Source of the DNA: Cenococcum geophilum
Lineage: Eukaryota
Direction of reading: 5' to 3'
Length of the DNA: 64,000 bases
NCBI GenBank assembly: GCA_050273025.1
Contig: CP158635.1
Location: 25,668,001-25,732,000 of the forward strand
The notes below the pieces were generated by a model, which was given only the letters and a program-made list of their open reading frames with translations, was not told where the DNA came from and made no database searches. Both the position numbers and the translations under genes were made by a program. Shown here piece by piece: positions 25,001 through 38,535 of the stretch. Position 1 is the stretch's first letter. Each line of letters begins with the position of its first letter.

Positions 25001-26980
25001 GGTTATGAGATATTTAATACCCTATACCGTAATTAGGGCTTTACTTAGGTTACTAACTATTATAAAGTTATTACTGCTTAGGATATGCTCTAAAGCGAAT
25101 ATAGGGTTTAGTGTAAACTTATAACTTACCCGTAGTTAAAAGATAAAAGTATAGTAGTTATAGCTGGAGCTAAAGGGAGTAGTATTAATAATGACTTCTT
25201 TTTAGCTAGCCTAGCTATCTGCGTCTTTACTTAGGAATAAGATATTAATAATAAAGTCGGTGTAAAGGGTAAGACTATTAACCATCTAAATGGTAGCGTA
25301 GTAGACTCGGTCCGCGCCACCTAGGAAGGTAATAAGATAAATAATAATAGGTACCTAGGGGTTCTAATTAACGGCCTTAAGGCTTATAACTACGGCATAG
25401 AACTAGATTATAAAATACTTAAGAACGCTATTAAACTAATACCTTATAGGGATTTTATACGATAGTCGGTCCTCTACTAAGAGCTATATACTAAGCTAGA
25501 TATTTATATTATGGTTCTTCTATTAGCAACCTAAAGGATTATTAACGCTTTGCTGTTATAGGCTCGCGTTTAAGCTCGCGATATAACTATTAAGCTATTT
25601 AGTGCCTAGTGTAAAAAAGTAGACAATAACTATAGGACTATTTAATAGCATATCCTAAGCTTTATAGATTTGCGGCATAAATAGGCCGAAGTCCCTATTA
25701 ATAAAGAAGTACTCGTTAAGTAATATATGCGTACCTAGTATAAGTTTGTTAGAGGCGATAACAAACCTAATATAGTAAAGTTATAGGGTTATAGTATCTT
25801 GCGGGAGAATACGAGTAAGATATTTAAGCGTAGTTAGACGTAATAGTTATTAAGTAACCGGAGAAGTAGCATTAGTAGTATTAACTTTAATATTACCGGT
25901 AATGTTAGTATCTATAAATCGGATAGACGCCATCTTATATAAATAATAAGTAGGCATTTTACCGGTCTTATAAGATACCTAGAATGTAATACTATATGCT
26001 ATAATATACTCTTTAATAATTTGCATAATAAACTAAACTATAAGGTAGTTATTATTTAGAAGCTAAAGTATATCTAAAGGTTCGGCTATTATAAAATCGC
26101 TATCCTCTATATAGGTGTTTAGATTATTTACTAGGCCATTTACCACTAGATAAAAGCCGGCTGTATTAAGAGGTTTGGGCGATAAAGAGGTGGCAGCTAT
26201 ACTTAAAGCAGTAGTACCTAGTATATCTACCTTGCCTAGAGCGGTTGCGGCATCTATCGCCCAAATTAAAGTAGGTCCACTTATATAATTATTAATATTA
26301 TGCCCTATAACTTTATAGTTCTTATATACCTAACTATAGAAGATAGTTTAATAGTCTAGGGAGCTATAGTTTAGGTAAGTCTGCTTTTTCTTACCTAATA
26401 GCTAGGGACAGTCTCGCTTTTTATGGTTTATAGCACTATATTAGTTGCATATTACACTAAAATAGTTACTCTTAAAATAACCGGCTTTTCTATAATTATT
26501 ATATATAGGGTTAAGGTAGTTAGCTTTAAGATAACTAGCCTTACTATAGCCGTAATAAAGTTAAGAGGCTTTCTTAAGAGGATAATCAGCGCGTATATAG
26601 CCAGTAAATAGATAGAGATAGCATTTTAGAGCGTTATTAGCTAAGAGGTATAGACTACTAAGCTTTAAAAGAAGAGGCTTATTAAGTATAGGGCCCTTAC
26701 CGTTACCTTACAAGATATTAGAGCCTATAGTTGCTATAGTTAAGGCAATCTTAAAAACCACAACGCCTTTAATAAACTTTTTGTGGTTATGAATGTAGTT
26801 AACGTTATAAGTTATAAAATAATTAGTGGGTAGGTTTATTTTAATAATAGGCTATATTAAGCGGTAGTTTATATAAACGCATTAGTAAATATAAACCCTT
26901 TATTATATAGCTAAGGCTAAAAATAAGGTAGCTGACTTACTATATTATAAGGCTTTATAGCTTAAATAGATCTATAAAGG
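22060..26980 (-). pseudogene. Two CCHC zinc knuckles + Upf1/DNA2-NAM7-like superfamily-1 helicase (AAA_11/AAA_12), RIP-inactivated
   Basis: Minus de-RIP: 'CNQCGA.NHKKRDC' (~26450-26408), 'CKNCKV.GHN.DDC' (~26325-26283), Walker A 'LLIQGP.GVGKSTF' (~24740-24700), 'ADIILATP', Walker B 'HDEAGKASE' (~24005-23980), 'LLGD.HQLKP', 'SL..RL', 'LQYR', 'TIDSIQGGQ' (~23335-23310), 'RNL..ITR'. Confidence 0.85.
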
Positions 26981-27200
26981 CACTAGTTATAGAGGTAGAT
27001 ACTAATAGGGTAGAAGTAAGGGTAAGTAGTTAGTAAAGTTAGGTTAATTAGTAAAGGTAAGGAAATAAGGCGCGCCCTAATAAAATTATATAAGTAAGGC
27101 CTTAATGGTAAAGTATATAGTTATATACTTTATAGGTTAAACGCGTATAAGGGTAAATCTATAGTAATAAGACTAACCTATAGAGGAAGACGCGGTATAG

Positions 27201-27294
27201 TATAAGTTACGGGGACTACCTTACTTAGCCTATCTCTTAATATAGGCTAGGCGATAGTTTAGCACTATTAAGCTTTTATAGTTTATAATGCGAG
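27201..27294 (-). promoter_or_regulatory. Upstream block of the SF1 helicase gene, inverted homologue of 56621-56707
   Basis: Manual alignment: nearly all mismatches are transitions, plus one ~7-bp indel. Regulatory role is inferred from position only. Confidence 0.6.
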
Positions 27295-29792
27295 TATATA
27301 GATATATAGAAGGGTAAGGGAAAAGAGAAGCGAGTAGTAAAGTAAAAGTATTTTACTATAGGTAGGCTAATTACGTTATAGGTAAACGGAAACTTAAATA
27401 CCGTAATTTATTAAAAATATTACTAATAAGCACAGCCTACTACTACTAGAAAGTATAAGTCTTTTCCTCCCTTAATTAGTAAGAGAAAAGGTATTATTAA
27501 CTAAATAATCTCTTACTAGAGTATTAGGTGGGGAGTAGGATATTATAAAACTATATATAGTTTTAAATAGATCTAAAATAAAGATATTAAATTTAAAAGA
27601 CTCTAACGTAATAAATACTATAGTAAAATACTAACCTCTTATATAATACTAAATAGATAAATAGCGAGATAAGTTAACGTTACTAAGCGGCTAGATGCTA
27701 GTATATATAATATATTTACTATTTTAAAATGCCCTAAAATGCCGCAAAATGCTATAAAATGCTATTAATTATATAAACTTATAATATAAGATATAAAACC
27801 TTTTACTATCTTTTACGGTAGATATACATTTAAATAAGCATTAGATATTTATATATAGATATAAATCCTACGCACTAAATAATTATTATTTTAGATAGAT
27901 TTATCTAGTAGGCCCTTAAGTGCTATATAGTGTAATAATAACACTAGTTATTTTATTGTGTAGGAAACTGCATTAGGAAATAGAGGCTTCCTTTACGGGC
28001 AAGGCGCCCTCGCTTATTAACCCCAGCCAAGCCAAAACTGCCCCTTAACCTTAACCATAAAAGGCCATTTCTCTCACTACTTTTCCTCTTATTCTCCATC
28101 TTTCCTTTCTCCCAACGCTGCGCCTCCTCCTCTTCTTACTGCTAGTCCCTGGCATAGTCGCATTAAGGCATTTCTGCCGTCCCTTTAGCGCTAATACGTA
28201 TATAAGTCTAGCCCGCTTATTACTTTATTCCCCTATATTTTAGACTAATAATTAATATAATTAACTGCGGCCTTTCCAATAGGCGAGTCTCTATTCTACG
28301 GTAATATATAAATAGTCTTAGCCTTCTCTTTTAATTCCCGCCTCTGGAGCCGATGGCTTTAATTTTTATTAAGCTCTTTTAGCGCCGCCTCTATCCGCTA
28401 AGCGCGTCTATATCCTTATAATTCTATCCTCTCTCTTATATATACCCTCTCTCCTTTTGCCTTCTAAATAGCGCGAGTCCGCAACCGTCCTATAGGAAGG
28501 GGGTTAGGGGAATTCCGCACTTACTAGCCGCGTTAGCACTATTATCTTATTTAACTTTACTATATATCTCCTTCTAAGGTAGGGAGGGATAGGCGTGCCG
28601 TATCCGCCCCCTTAAGGGCTTAAGCGAGCTTACGTCGCACTTATTTTAGCTAACCTACGCGCTGTTTTCTTACCTATAATATACTATTAGTTAAATAACC
28701 CGCTTTAGCGTTTACTAATGGCTAAAGCTACCTATATTACGGCTAGTATGCCTACTAGGCTACCTAGCGGAAAAGTAGCTAAATATTACTAATTTAAGCA
28801 ACTACCCTATACGGGGCTATATTAGGTATTATTCGAACGGATATTATATAGAGTATTACCTAGGTGGCCATATATACCTACTTGGCGGTATAGTTACATT
28901 ACTACGGATATTTTAGAGATACTGTTTAATCTGCTAGTTTAGGGCTAAGGGGCTATTAGCTCTACCTAACTGCTTAGTAGTAGAGCGGTAAAAGATTAAT
29001 AATCCGGCCTTCTAAGCTATAGGGCTATAGTGGGAACCACCTAAATTAAAATTGGAAGGTTGTAGCTTTTGGGCGCATAATAGATCTGCGGCACTGCGGT
29101 ATAACTATAAAGGAATCTCTAACACCAGCTAGCTATATTAGGAGGGCGAGTATTATATAGCACCTCGTGCAGCACCCTATATAGTCCTTTACCTAGCGCA
29201 TTTATATATCTATATATAATCACTATGTGAGTAGCAGGCGTATCTATTACTAGGCGGTTAGTATTAGAGAACCCCGCCCACTACTAATAATAATACTACC
29301 TCCTTCTATTATAGATAGCTCGTAACGCATACGCATAAGTAGGGCTTTATATCCTATTAATATAAGTAGCGCAGAAGATTAGCTAGATTAGCATTATTAG
29401 GAAGTAAATAGATATATTAGCACTGCCCTTTACTAAGAAATAAGGGTAGAGAACTTAAGCCACTAACCTCCTAATAAGGGGCTAGATGCGATAGCTGTAT
29501 TAGAGCTAAATATACTAGCTTAGACGGGCGGATACGGTTTAATTGCAATTTGCTAAGGGTGTTAATTAAGTACTAGGAATTTAAGCCCTTGTAACCCTTT
29601 ATACCCTATAAACGGCAATTAACCCTAGTTTATGCTGGAGGCGTATATATTAAATGCTTTAATTTAATAAGAAACCTAGGTAAGGGGTAAAGGGCAAGGG
29701 GTAATAGGCGAGTGCTAGTGGCAAAGGGAGGACTAACGTGCACTTAAAAAGACCTTTAATTCCCCCTTAAAGCTTTTAAAAGCTATAAAATA

Positions 29793-31782
29793 ATGGCAAC
29801 TCTAATAATAATAACATTAGCACTACCTTAGTCTTTATTTTATATTCCTTCTAAAATTTCGCTTAATAAGAACAATTTCTATACTAATCCCCCTAGAAAA
29901 TTAACAGCTTTATCTTAGCACTATATAATTATAGCCCCTAAGAAAAGCGCGAGCAGTAAGCCTAAAAGGAGGAGTAGGAGAGTACCTCTTTTCCCCCTAA
30001 AAAGTTAAGAAGCATTATAAGCTTAGGCACTTAATGGTATATTATTCTACCTAGGGCCTTAATTTAGATATTCCGTCTAATAAAGCGCCTATAGACCCTA
30101 TATATAATTATAAGAAAGCTAATAATAAGTATTATAAGGATAATAAGGATAATAAGGATAATAAAGAAGATTTTTATGGGGATAGAAATAACAGTTAAGT
30201 CTCTAGAAGAAGTAATTAAGGTAATTATCCTAGCAATTACCCCACTACTTTTCCTTTTTCCCTAGCAGTTCTAAATATATAGTTTTAATAACTAGTAGTA
30301 AATCTAATAGTTATTAAAGATAATATAGCCGATCTGGACTTGGAAACTAAGGGTAATAAAGCTAGTAACACTAATAATAAAGCTAATAAAGCTAATAATT
30401 AACTAATACCTTATGGATTAGGTATACGCTTTCCCCTTAATTTATAATAGCTTGTTTAATAATTAGTAGATAATAGAAATAATAGTAGTGGTAAGGGTAA
30501 TAAAGATAATAAAGAGCTACCTTCGTTAGAAGCGCTAGAAGAGGAGGTATACGTACCTACATATAATTATACTACACCCTTAACGCTAGACGGCAATTAA
30601 ACGGATAATTTAGCTAAGGGGTGTTGTATTAGAACTGCTCCGCAGTTTAGGTAAGAGCTTAGAATATTAGTAGCTGTCGGCTAAAAGTCTTTAGAAGCTA
30701 AAAAGTTAAAAAAGCGGAGGTCCGATTAGCTTAATTAACTAGGTAGCATTAATTATATCTTTAATACTTCTGTTAGTAAGAGCAGCGAGAGCGTATAACC
30801 TAAGAAGTAATAAAGGTTACCTGCTTCCCGGAGGACTACGCCTTCTAGCTTTCCTACCCTTAGCCTTAATAACCGTAACAGTATTAAGGAGCGAGTGGTC
30901 TCTACTACGCGGCCCACTAGCCCCTCCCCCTGGCACTATATATCTCCTTATAATACTAAACCACCAGAATATAGGGCTAATAACCGTTATAATTATATTC
31001 TGGATGATTTTATAAACAGCTTAACTAAAGAAAGCAATAATAAGGACGGCGAAAATGTTATAGATGAAAGTAAAGCCAGGAACTACGGTAACGGAAGTAA
31101 TAACAGTAATAATACGGATAATGACGACTCTGGGGATAGTAATAGTAGTAGTAGCAATAAGGATAATAAGGCCTGTGGGTATATAGGGCGATAAGGATTA
31201 CTAACCCCTATTACTAGTTAATTAAAGGTAAAGCGTACTGTAAAGCATTATTTTTAGTAGTTTTACTATTCCCCTTTAATTTTATCCACGCATATATCTG
31301 ACTAAAGTACTACGCTTATTAGCAATTATTATAAGCGGGTTGCATCCCCTATATATAATCGCCTCTATACCTAAAAACTGCTGCTAAGCGCTACCTTTAG
31401 CTCTAACTCTAATAAAGCAATACTAAAAGCCGCCTTAAATACTAATTTAGAAGAAATTTTAATTTAAGCAGCTTTTAGGCGCTAGAAAGATGGGTTATAT
31501 ACACTAGATATCCTTCCTTAACGATTTCCTTTACCTTTTAACCTAGTTAAGCAGCCCTAGGAGCTAAAGCCCTAAGGGCTAAAGTTTAAAATAAAATTTA
31601 CTAAAGAGGAAAACGCGCTACTTACTAACCTAAAAGGGAAATAAAATCTTCTATAGGACTAGATTAAAGATAGCTTTCTAATAAGAAGTCTTAGATTACT
31701 ATAGGGGCATTACTATTTAAAACTAAAGGCTTAGCCTATTATATAGAAGAAATAGGGGCGGCCTATTAGGCGGAAGAATTAG
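29793..31782 (+). pseudogene. Acidic low-complexity protein with C-terminal Myb/SANT domain
   Basis: ATG 29793, D/N-rich tracts, 'KFTEEEDALL..LKGKQNLPWDQI.DSFP.RS.GSLQ.HYCSKLK' at ~31595-31730, then a 'K.GRP' AT-hook-like end. Confidence 0.8.
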
Positions 31783-32249
31783 TAGTAATAGTGCTGTTCT
31801 TTTTAGCTTAAAGTTTTATTTTTAGCTTAAGTTCTATTTACGGCGCATTTTGTAATTTCTGGATTAATAAACTTAGTCCCTGTGTAACCTAATAGGCCAG
31901 TAACTAGAATTTAAAAATTGCTGCTAAAGAAGCCGTGGTTTAAGGCCGGAGGCGTAATATCTGCCTAAAATATTAACTAACTAAGGCCCGTTTTTAGGAG
32001 CGTAAACATTATTATTTTTATTGGGGCTACTTAAGGTATGCTTTACAAATTTAAGTATCTAGTTATTAAAGAAAGTCTATTACGGGGAAATGAATATATA
32101 TTGCATAGCTAGATTAGTACGTATATCCCATCTATTAGTATATAATTCTTAATGGCTTTAAGGACTTCTTTATACCGCCTATCCTTTTTATAACCAATAA
32201 ACGCGAAACTACATCTTAGTAACTACCTATTTCTTTTAGCCTTATCTAA

Positions 32250-34700
32250 CGTACGCGTAATAACTACCTTTGGCGATAGATACTAGACTATCCTTATCTC
32301 CTCTTTACCCTTATTTATTTTAGTTTACATTATAAGTATAGAACAATGCTAGTGCTTTAGAGAATTATTATAAGATTTATCTACTACTCCGTTAAGTATA
32401 AATACCGGCCTATCTTTATTCTTAGAAATTTCTATTAGTATTTACTTACTAGTAGGGCTATGGATTATATTAATATACTTTAGGAGTTTAGGATCGTCTA
32501 ATAACTAGTAGATAATCTTTATACCGTGACGTCTATATCCTAATACTACTTTAAGCCCAAATATTTAACAATTATTAAGATGAAGTTTTGCCGTTATAAG
32601 AAACTTATTAACAAAATCCTTATAGCGGTTAGTTTTCTTCTATAAGAATGTAAACTAGTTATTTATATAAACTTTTAGATACTCCCTAACTAGTACTCCT
32701 ACGGCTAAACTAAAAATGGTCGGCTAAAGGACGTAGTCCCCGACTAGTGCTACTAGAGTAAGGTAAGGTAATATCTTAGTCTTATTATCCTTATCCGTTA
32801 GGGATTTAAGAGATAATAATTACGTAGGGGTTAAGGGTGCGCTTGGTTTCTCCTTAAAGTGGCCTTAAGTAAGCCTATCCTCCACTCTAGAGTATATAGA
32901 GGGGGTTTTAATATTACTAGGGTAGGTCGGGTCCTTATTAGCATTTATAAAAGAGGGAAAGGGCTAGCTCGGCGTGCTAATACTAAAAGGAGTTACCATC
33001 GCTCTAATACTGCTGGGAGAGTTAAGCTTAGAAGGCATCGGCCTCTTATTAATACCTACTAAAGGGTAAAAAAGATGGGGCTAAACGCTTATTATTATAT
33101 TATCCACACTAGAGTTAGTAGTAATTACCGTCTCCCTAATACTATAAGAAGAGTTAAGCCTAATAGGTATTAGTTCCTTATTAATATCTACTAAAGAAGG
33201 GGGATAAAGATAGGGCTAGATATTGCTCGTTATATTATTAACGTAAGAGTCTATAGTGTTCTCGTTAGCCTTATCTAATAATAAGTCTCTAGTGCGTATA
33301 ATTTACCTTTAGTTACTTATAGAGCTAGCAGCCTAATAGCTTAGAGTTTCTATAGGAAGTTATTAATAGATTTTTGTTGCCGGTTATAGGAGGGAAGTAT
33401 TTATAGGAAATAGGAGTGGGGTAAACTAAGTATATATTTATATAAGGGAAGCACAGCAGAGCTGCTAGCACTAAGCGGCTTTCTATATATAGGGCTGCTT
33501 AAATCCTCCGCAAGCTAAAGCGTGTAGCGTGTACGCCTATAGCTAAATTAAAACACGGTAATAACTTAGAAATACTGCAGACGTTCGTATATAAAGTTTA
33601 TTATTAGTTATACTTATATCTAAATACCTTATTATATCCTAAGGGAACGGCTTAGCGTTTAAATGCGATAAGGCTAAATAGAAGCAAATGGTAAGGCCTA
33701 CTCCTATAGTTCTTAGAGCTTAAAAAATTGCGCTAAGATAGTTGGCCTATATAGGACATTCTACTCTTAATTTTATAGTAGAGACTTAGCGACTGGAAGA
33801 GCAAATGCCCTGCATTTTTAGGTACTACTTATATAGGTAGTAGCATTATAGGGCACAAATTTGCATAAGGCATAGCTGCGTTAATTAGGGTATGATACGC
33901 TGCTAATTTCATAAGGCGAGACAGACACTACTTGTATTAGGCTTTAATTTAAGCGCCTATCTTTAATAATCCGTATAGCTACACCTCTATACGTACTACC
34001 CGCCATTTATTTTTGTATATTATCTCGTATAGGATCCCACGGGAGCCCCTAAATAGGTTTATCGGTTAATTCCCCTTAGGATTCCTTATTTTCTGGAACT
34101 AAAATATAGCTTAGTAAAAATGTGCTAGTTATAATATTTATATTAAAACTAACCAGTAGCACTTCTAATAGCTTTTGGTATACACCAGCTTATAGCCTTC
34201 TAGTTTACTTTATTTAACCTATTATCTCTTAGTCTCTCGTTTACGCGTTCCAAAATTTCCTCCCTTTTAGGTAAATTTATATTATTCCAGCTGCGCCCTA
34301 AGGTAATAATATTTCTAGCTTCCTTATTTATAAATTTCTGCTAATTCTTATTAAAAAAAGGCACCTTAGCTTAGGCCTATATACTTGCCAGAAAACGCTG
34401 CTACTGCTTTAAGTTATACTGAACTGCATCCTATACCTGCTTTGTAGTAGTATTAGCCCTAATGTCTATTATACGTAGTGGCGTTTAGAAATAGGTATTG
34501 GTGAAATTACTAGGTCCTAATATATTGTAGCGAAGCAGGGTTTCGCGAATAGAGAATTTTAAGTTATTTAAGTGTCTTAGCTAACGCCACTAGCATTACC
34601 CCTGCTAGTTTGGTTTTATAAGACTAGTCCTCCCGCCTTCCCTAGGGTCGCACTAACTATTTAGTTAAACGCCGCCGCAGCCGCGCCGGACGTAGCCTAC
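32250..34700 (-). pseudogene. Unknown cargo gene relic(s)
   Basis: Readable minus frames 'MS..GQLSQRNF.AL...GVGLTICF.LALSHLNAEPFP' (~33760-33640) and 'TLVALVGDYVLQPTIFSLAVGV' (~32760-32695); family not recognised. Confidence 0.45.
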
Positions 34701-35779
34701 CTAATACTTCTACCACGTTACGGAATATGCAGAAAAACCATATAAGGTCACGATTTAGGCAGCCCCTAGTTAATACGTCGGATCTTTCTCATACTAATAG
34801 CCCTAGGGCTGCTGTGAGGAGTTGAAGCGCTAGAAGCTGCCTACTGTAGCTAATCTGGTTCTCCTCGCTATATTATAGAAGCGAGAGGAACTAGGGCTAA
34901 GTTAATGATAACAGTTACATTTTCTACAGTTATTAGAAGGATAATTTATTTTATAGATTATAAAACCTCCCTAATGCTCTATATAAGCCAGAAAAAGAAT
35001 CTACTTATAAAGTAAAACATTATCTTTATACTATTTTCCAATACCTAAAATATAACTCTTAATAATACATAATTATAAAAATGGCTAATGCGAGGCCTGC
35101 ATAACTATATTATATATTAGTAAACTAATAGCTAAAATCCAGGGGGGCTTCGTATATTAAAACTAGCCCTACGGCCTTAATTACCGTCTTTATGGTTATT
35201 GCTATTATCCCAATCACGCTTATATACTAGAAACTTATTACCTAAACAAATAATGCATATTTAGGGCGATCCTATTAAAGCTATAATCGTAAATGCTAAC
35301 TAAGAATAATAATAGTATAATAAAGCTAGACGCGCTAGACGTTGGAATCTTTAACTAACTTTTTGGTGAGGCATATTATAAGGAAGTAAGTAATAAGTAA
35401 GCAGGAAAAGGCACTATATAGCCCTATTTTAATAATAGAAGGGTTTAGATATAACAAAATCCAAGCAGCTGTAATAAGGGTAGGGTAAGTAAATCTGCTG
35501 ACGGGAGCTATAATCTTAAATATCTAAGAAAATAGAAAAGAATGAAGATAAAAGTGGGAGCAGGCTAGTTTATAATGATATTTTTTCTTAGAAATAAGGC
35601 GGGCTATATAAACGCTATATTATTACCGCTAAATAACTTAACTAAGCGGCTTCCTAATGAGTTATCGCCCTAACCTTAGGCGATAAAAGGCACTTAGGGC
35701 GTATAGGGGTCAGTTACTTCCTCCATTCTATTACTAGATTAAGTATTTAATACCGTTTATAATTTTAGGTAATGCTAAA

Positions 35780-36688
35780 TAGAAAAAGAGAAGAGTATAA
35801 ATCTTTTATTTTAGCTGGTAACTTATAAGTTTTCTATACCCTTATGCCCTATATTAATCTTTATCTCCTAGCTGTATACTTATAGTACGGCGCTATAGTT
35901 TATAAGTACTAAAACTATATAAATACTTTACCGGACCTTCTATTAACTTAGTCTTAATATTAAACCTAAAGTGTCTTAGAATAGGTTGGCTTGCTAGTAT
36001 AGCTAACACCTATATCTTCTTTCCCTCTTTGTCCTGCTTTTCTACTGCTATTTTAATAAGTATTCTGCCCAGACTAGACTTTTAATAAGACTTATGTATA
36101 GCAAGAGTAGAGATTTTTATCTGGCAATCTTAGGAGTACCTAGCGTAAAATTAGCTACGCCCCTAAGCTTATAACCTAGGAACTATACTAATGCCCCTTA
36201 GCGTAAGTTTTTTCCTTATAAAACTTAACACCATCTAGGTTTTTATCTTAATGCAGATTTTTAATAGCCTTTAGGAGGCTGTTAAGAATACCTTTATTTT
36301 ATTAGCTTATAAACTTATACTAGATAAATGGTAGTACCGTATAAATATCCCCCTTAGGTAGTGGCTAGGGTTCTAGGCCACTTATAATAAGGACGCTAAA
36401 AATTACAGTTCCGCTAATTAACACCGTTAAATCTTGCCTGGCCTATGGCGACTTAACTACCTTAGCTTCGTTTTTATTATATAGGCTTTTCATACTATAA
36501 ACCTTTAAGGTAGAACTAAGAAGCGCATTAATAAGATTAACTGCGTAAAAGTCGTATGTATTTATTAGGAATGCTTTAGAATATAGTCTCTAAATCTTAA
36601 AAGATTGGGAGGTTTTAAAAGCTAAAATAATAATATAGATTGCTTAAAATATATTTAAGTGCGTAAGCGGTTGAATTTAACAAGTAGC
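35780..36688 (-). pseudogene. Unknown cargo gene relic
   Basis: ATG at ~36688 after a pyrimidine-rich leader; coding-like texture; no domain identified. Confidence 0.3.
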
Positions 36689-38535
36689 CATCGTAGGAGA
36701 GAGCGAAGAAAAGTAAAATTGGTAGTAGAAGGAGGAATACCCTTAAAAGGTATATAGAGAAGTCATAATATTAATTAGATAAGAGCTATTAGGACCATTA
36801 CGGATATAATAACTGTAGCCCCTACTCCGACTAACGGAATTAGGTTCTTTAGTATTACTATTCCACCCTACCTTTAGATAGTATCTAGTAAAGGATTCCG
36901 TACGGTAGGCATAGCTGAGAATTATTGCCGTATGCATTATGCTAATTTATCGTTATATATTTTGTGTCTGCTTAGTATTACCTAATACTTAACCTCTAGG
37001 AACGTATATATGTGAGTTTAACGCTGCCGAATGCCATTAGATATAAGGATAAGATGCTAAGGTAAAAGATTTAGTTTCCTAAGCTAGATACAAATAACTA
37101 CTATTAAGGGTCCATAATGGATAGACGCGGCCTTTACTTTAAAATATTCTCTATGCCTTTCTCTTTAATATAGTTCTCTAAGCCTTAGAGATTCCCCTAA
37201 ATTATAGTCTGTAATTTAATTAGAATAGATACCACATAAAAGATATTAAACGTACTTAAAACGTATACGCGTTAGAGTAGTTACATATTAATTTAAAGAA
37301 AGTAGGTAAATAGATAACATCCCGTATTTATTACCCTCTAGTTTTTCTATAAAGAGCACTAAGGAACTCCTATTAAGACTTAAAGAAGGAATAAATTAAG
37401 GAGTAAAAGAGTTTATCCGTAGTTTTTTCATCTAGGTAGATGCAAAGAATTTTACTTAATATTAAATTATTAAGTGTTTAAGCGACTTATTAGTATTTTA
37501 GGCGGTTAGGATTTCCTAGACCTGCACCTGCCGTTTATTAGTCTTTTAGGCCTATAGTAATTTGATCCCCTAATAGGCTAGTGCTAGGACGCGACTTTAG
37601 GGGTTCCGTCTACTAGCCTTATATACCCTTAAGTTAGTAAGTACCGGAACGCGAAGAAGTTTTAAGCCTAGTGATTAATCTAGGATAACTTTTTAATATA
37701 ATCAAAGACCCCTTTTTTAGATCTATATTGGCGTGTAATAAGGCACTTACTTCTAGGCTAGAGTTAGTAATTAATACACTATAGCTTAAATCTTAATCCT
37801 AGCTGCTAGTAATAGTTATAAGAGGCTGCTAAATATACTAGTTTAAGACTAGTAGGGTTTAGTAAATTGCGGCTTAAAAGAGCGAGCTAATTGTTAAAGA
37901 AGTAGTATCTATGTTAAAGAATAAAGTGGCCGTAAATGGCTAGCAGAAATAGGGGAGACTAGGAAATGGTTTAAAAGGAGGTAAAAATAGCGAAGTTAAG
38001 GAAGTAACAAATAAAAGCTATAGAAGAAGGCGATAAGGTAACTGGTAAAGTAGACGGTAAAGGTAATTATATATCCCTAGCGTAACGGGGCGAAATTAGC
38101 TTTATATATTACTTATCTCCATCCTATACCTTTAAGATTTAAAGCATTCTTAGGTTTATTAAGGCGTTTTAGCCTTTAATTCTTATAGGACGCATTATTA
38201 TATTATTAAAAAGAAATTAACGGGAGCTTCTAGACTTTATAGTAGTGGGTAGGCTACATCTAATTAACCGAGAAGACAGCTGCATATCCTTACTTTAATT
38301 AGCTGTTTAGTTTTCTATTATAGATGTTTAGAGGAGCATAAGTTATAGTAGTGGAGTTTAGCACAGTGTAGTGTCTTAGGGGTAAGAAGATAAGGGGCTA
38401 ATATACGCCAAGCTAAAATTATAGGGGTATTATTGTTATAATCGCAATAATAATCCCCTATAACATTTCCTACTTCTCTTACTCTTACACCCTATTACCT
38501 TTTTTTTTTAGTTTAGCTAACCTATAAGATTATAA

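Noticed and set aside
26280..26450. Zinc knuckles as retrotransposon gag
   Set aside because: No protease, RT, integrase or LTR nearby; they are followed by an SF1 helicase.
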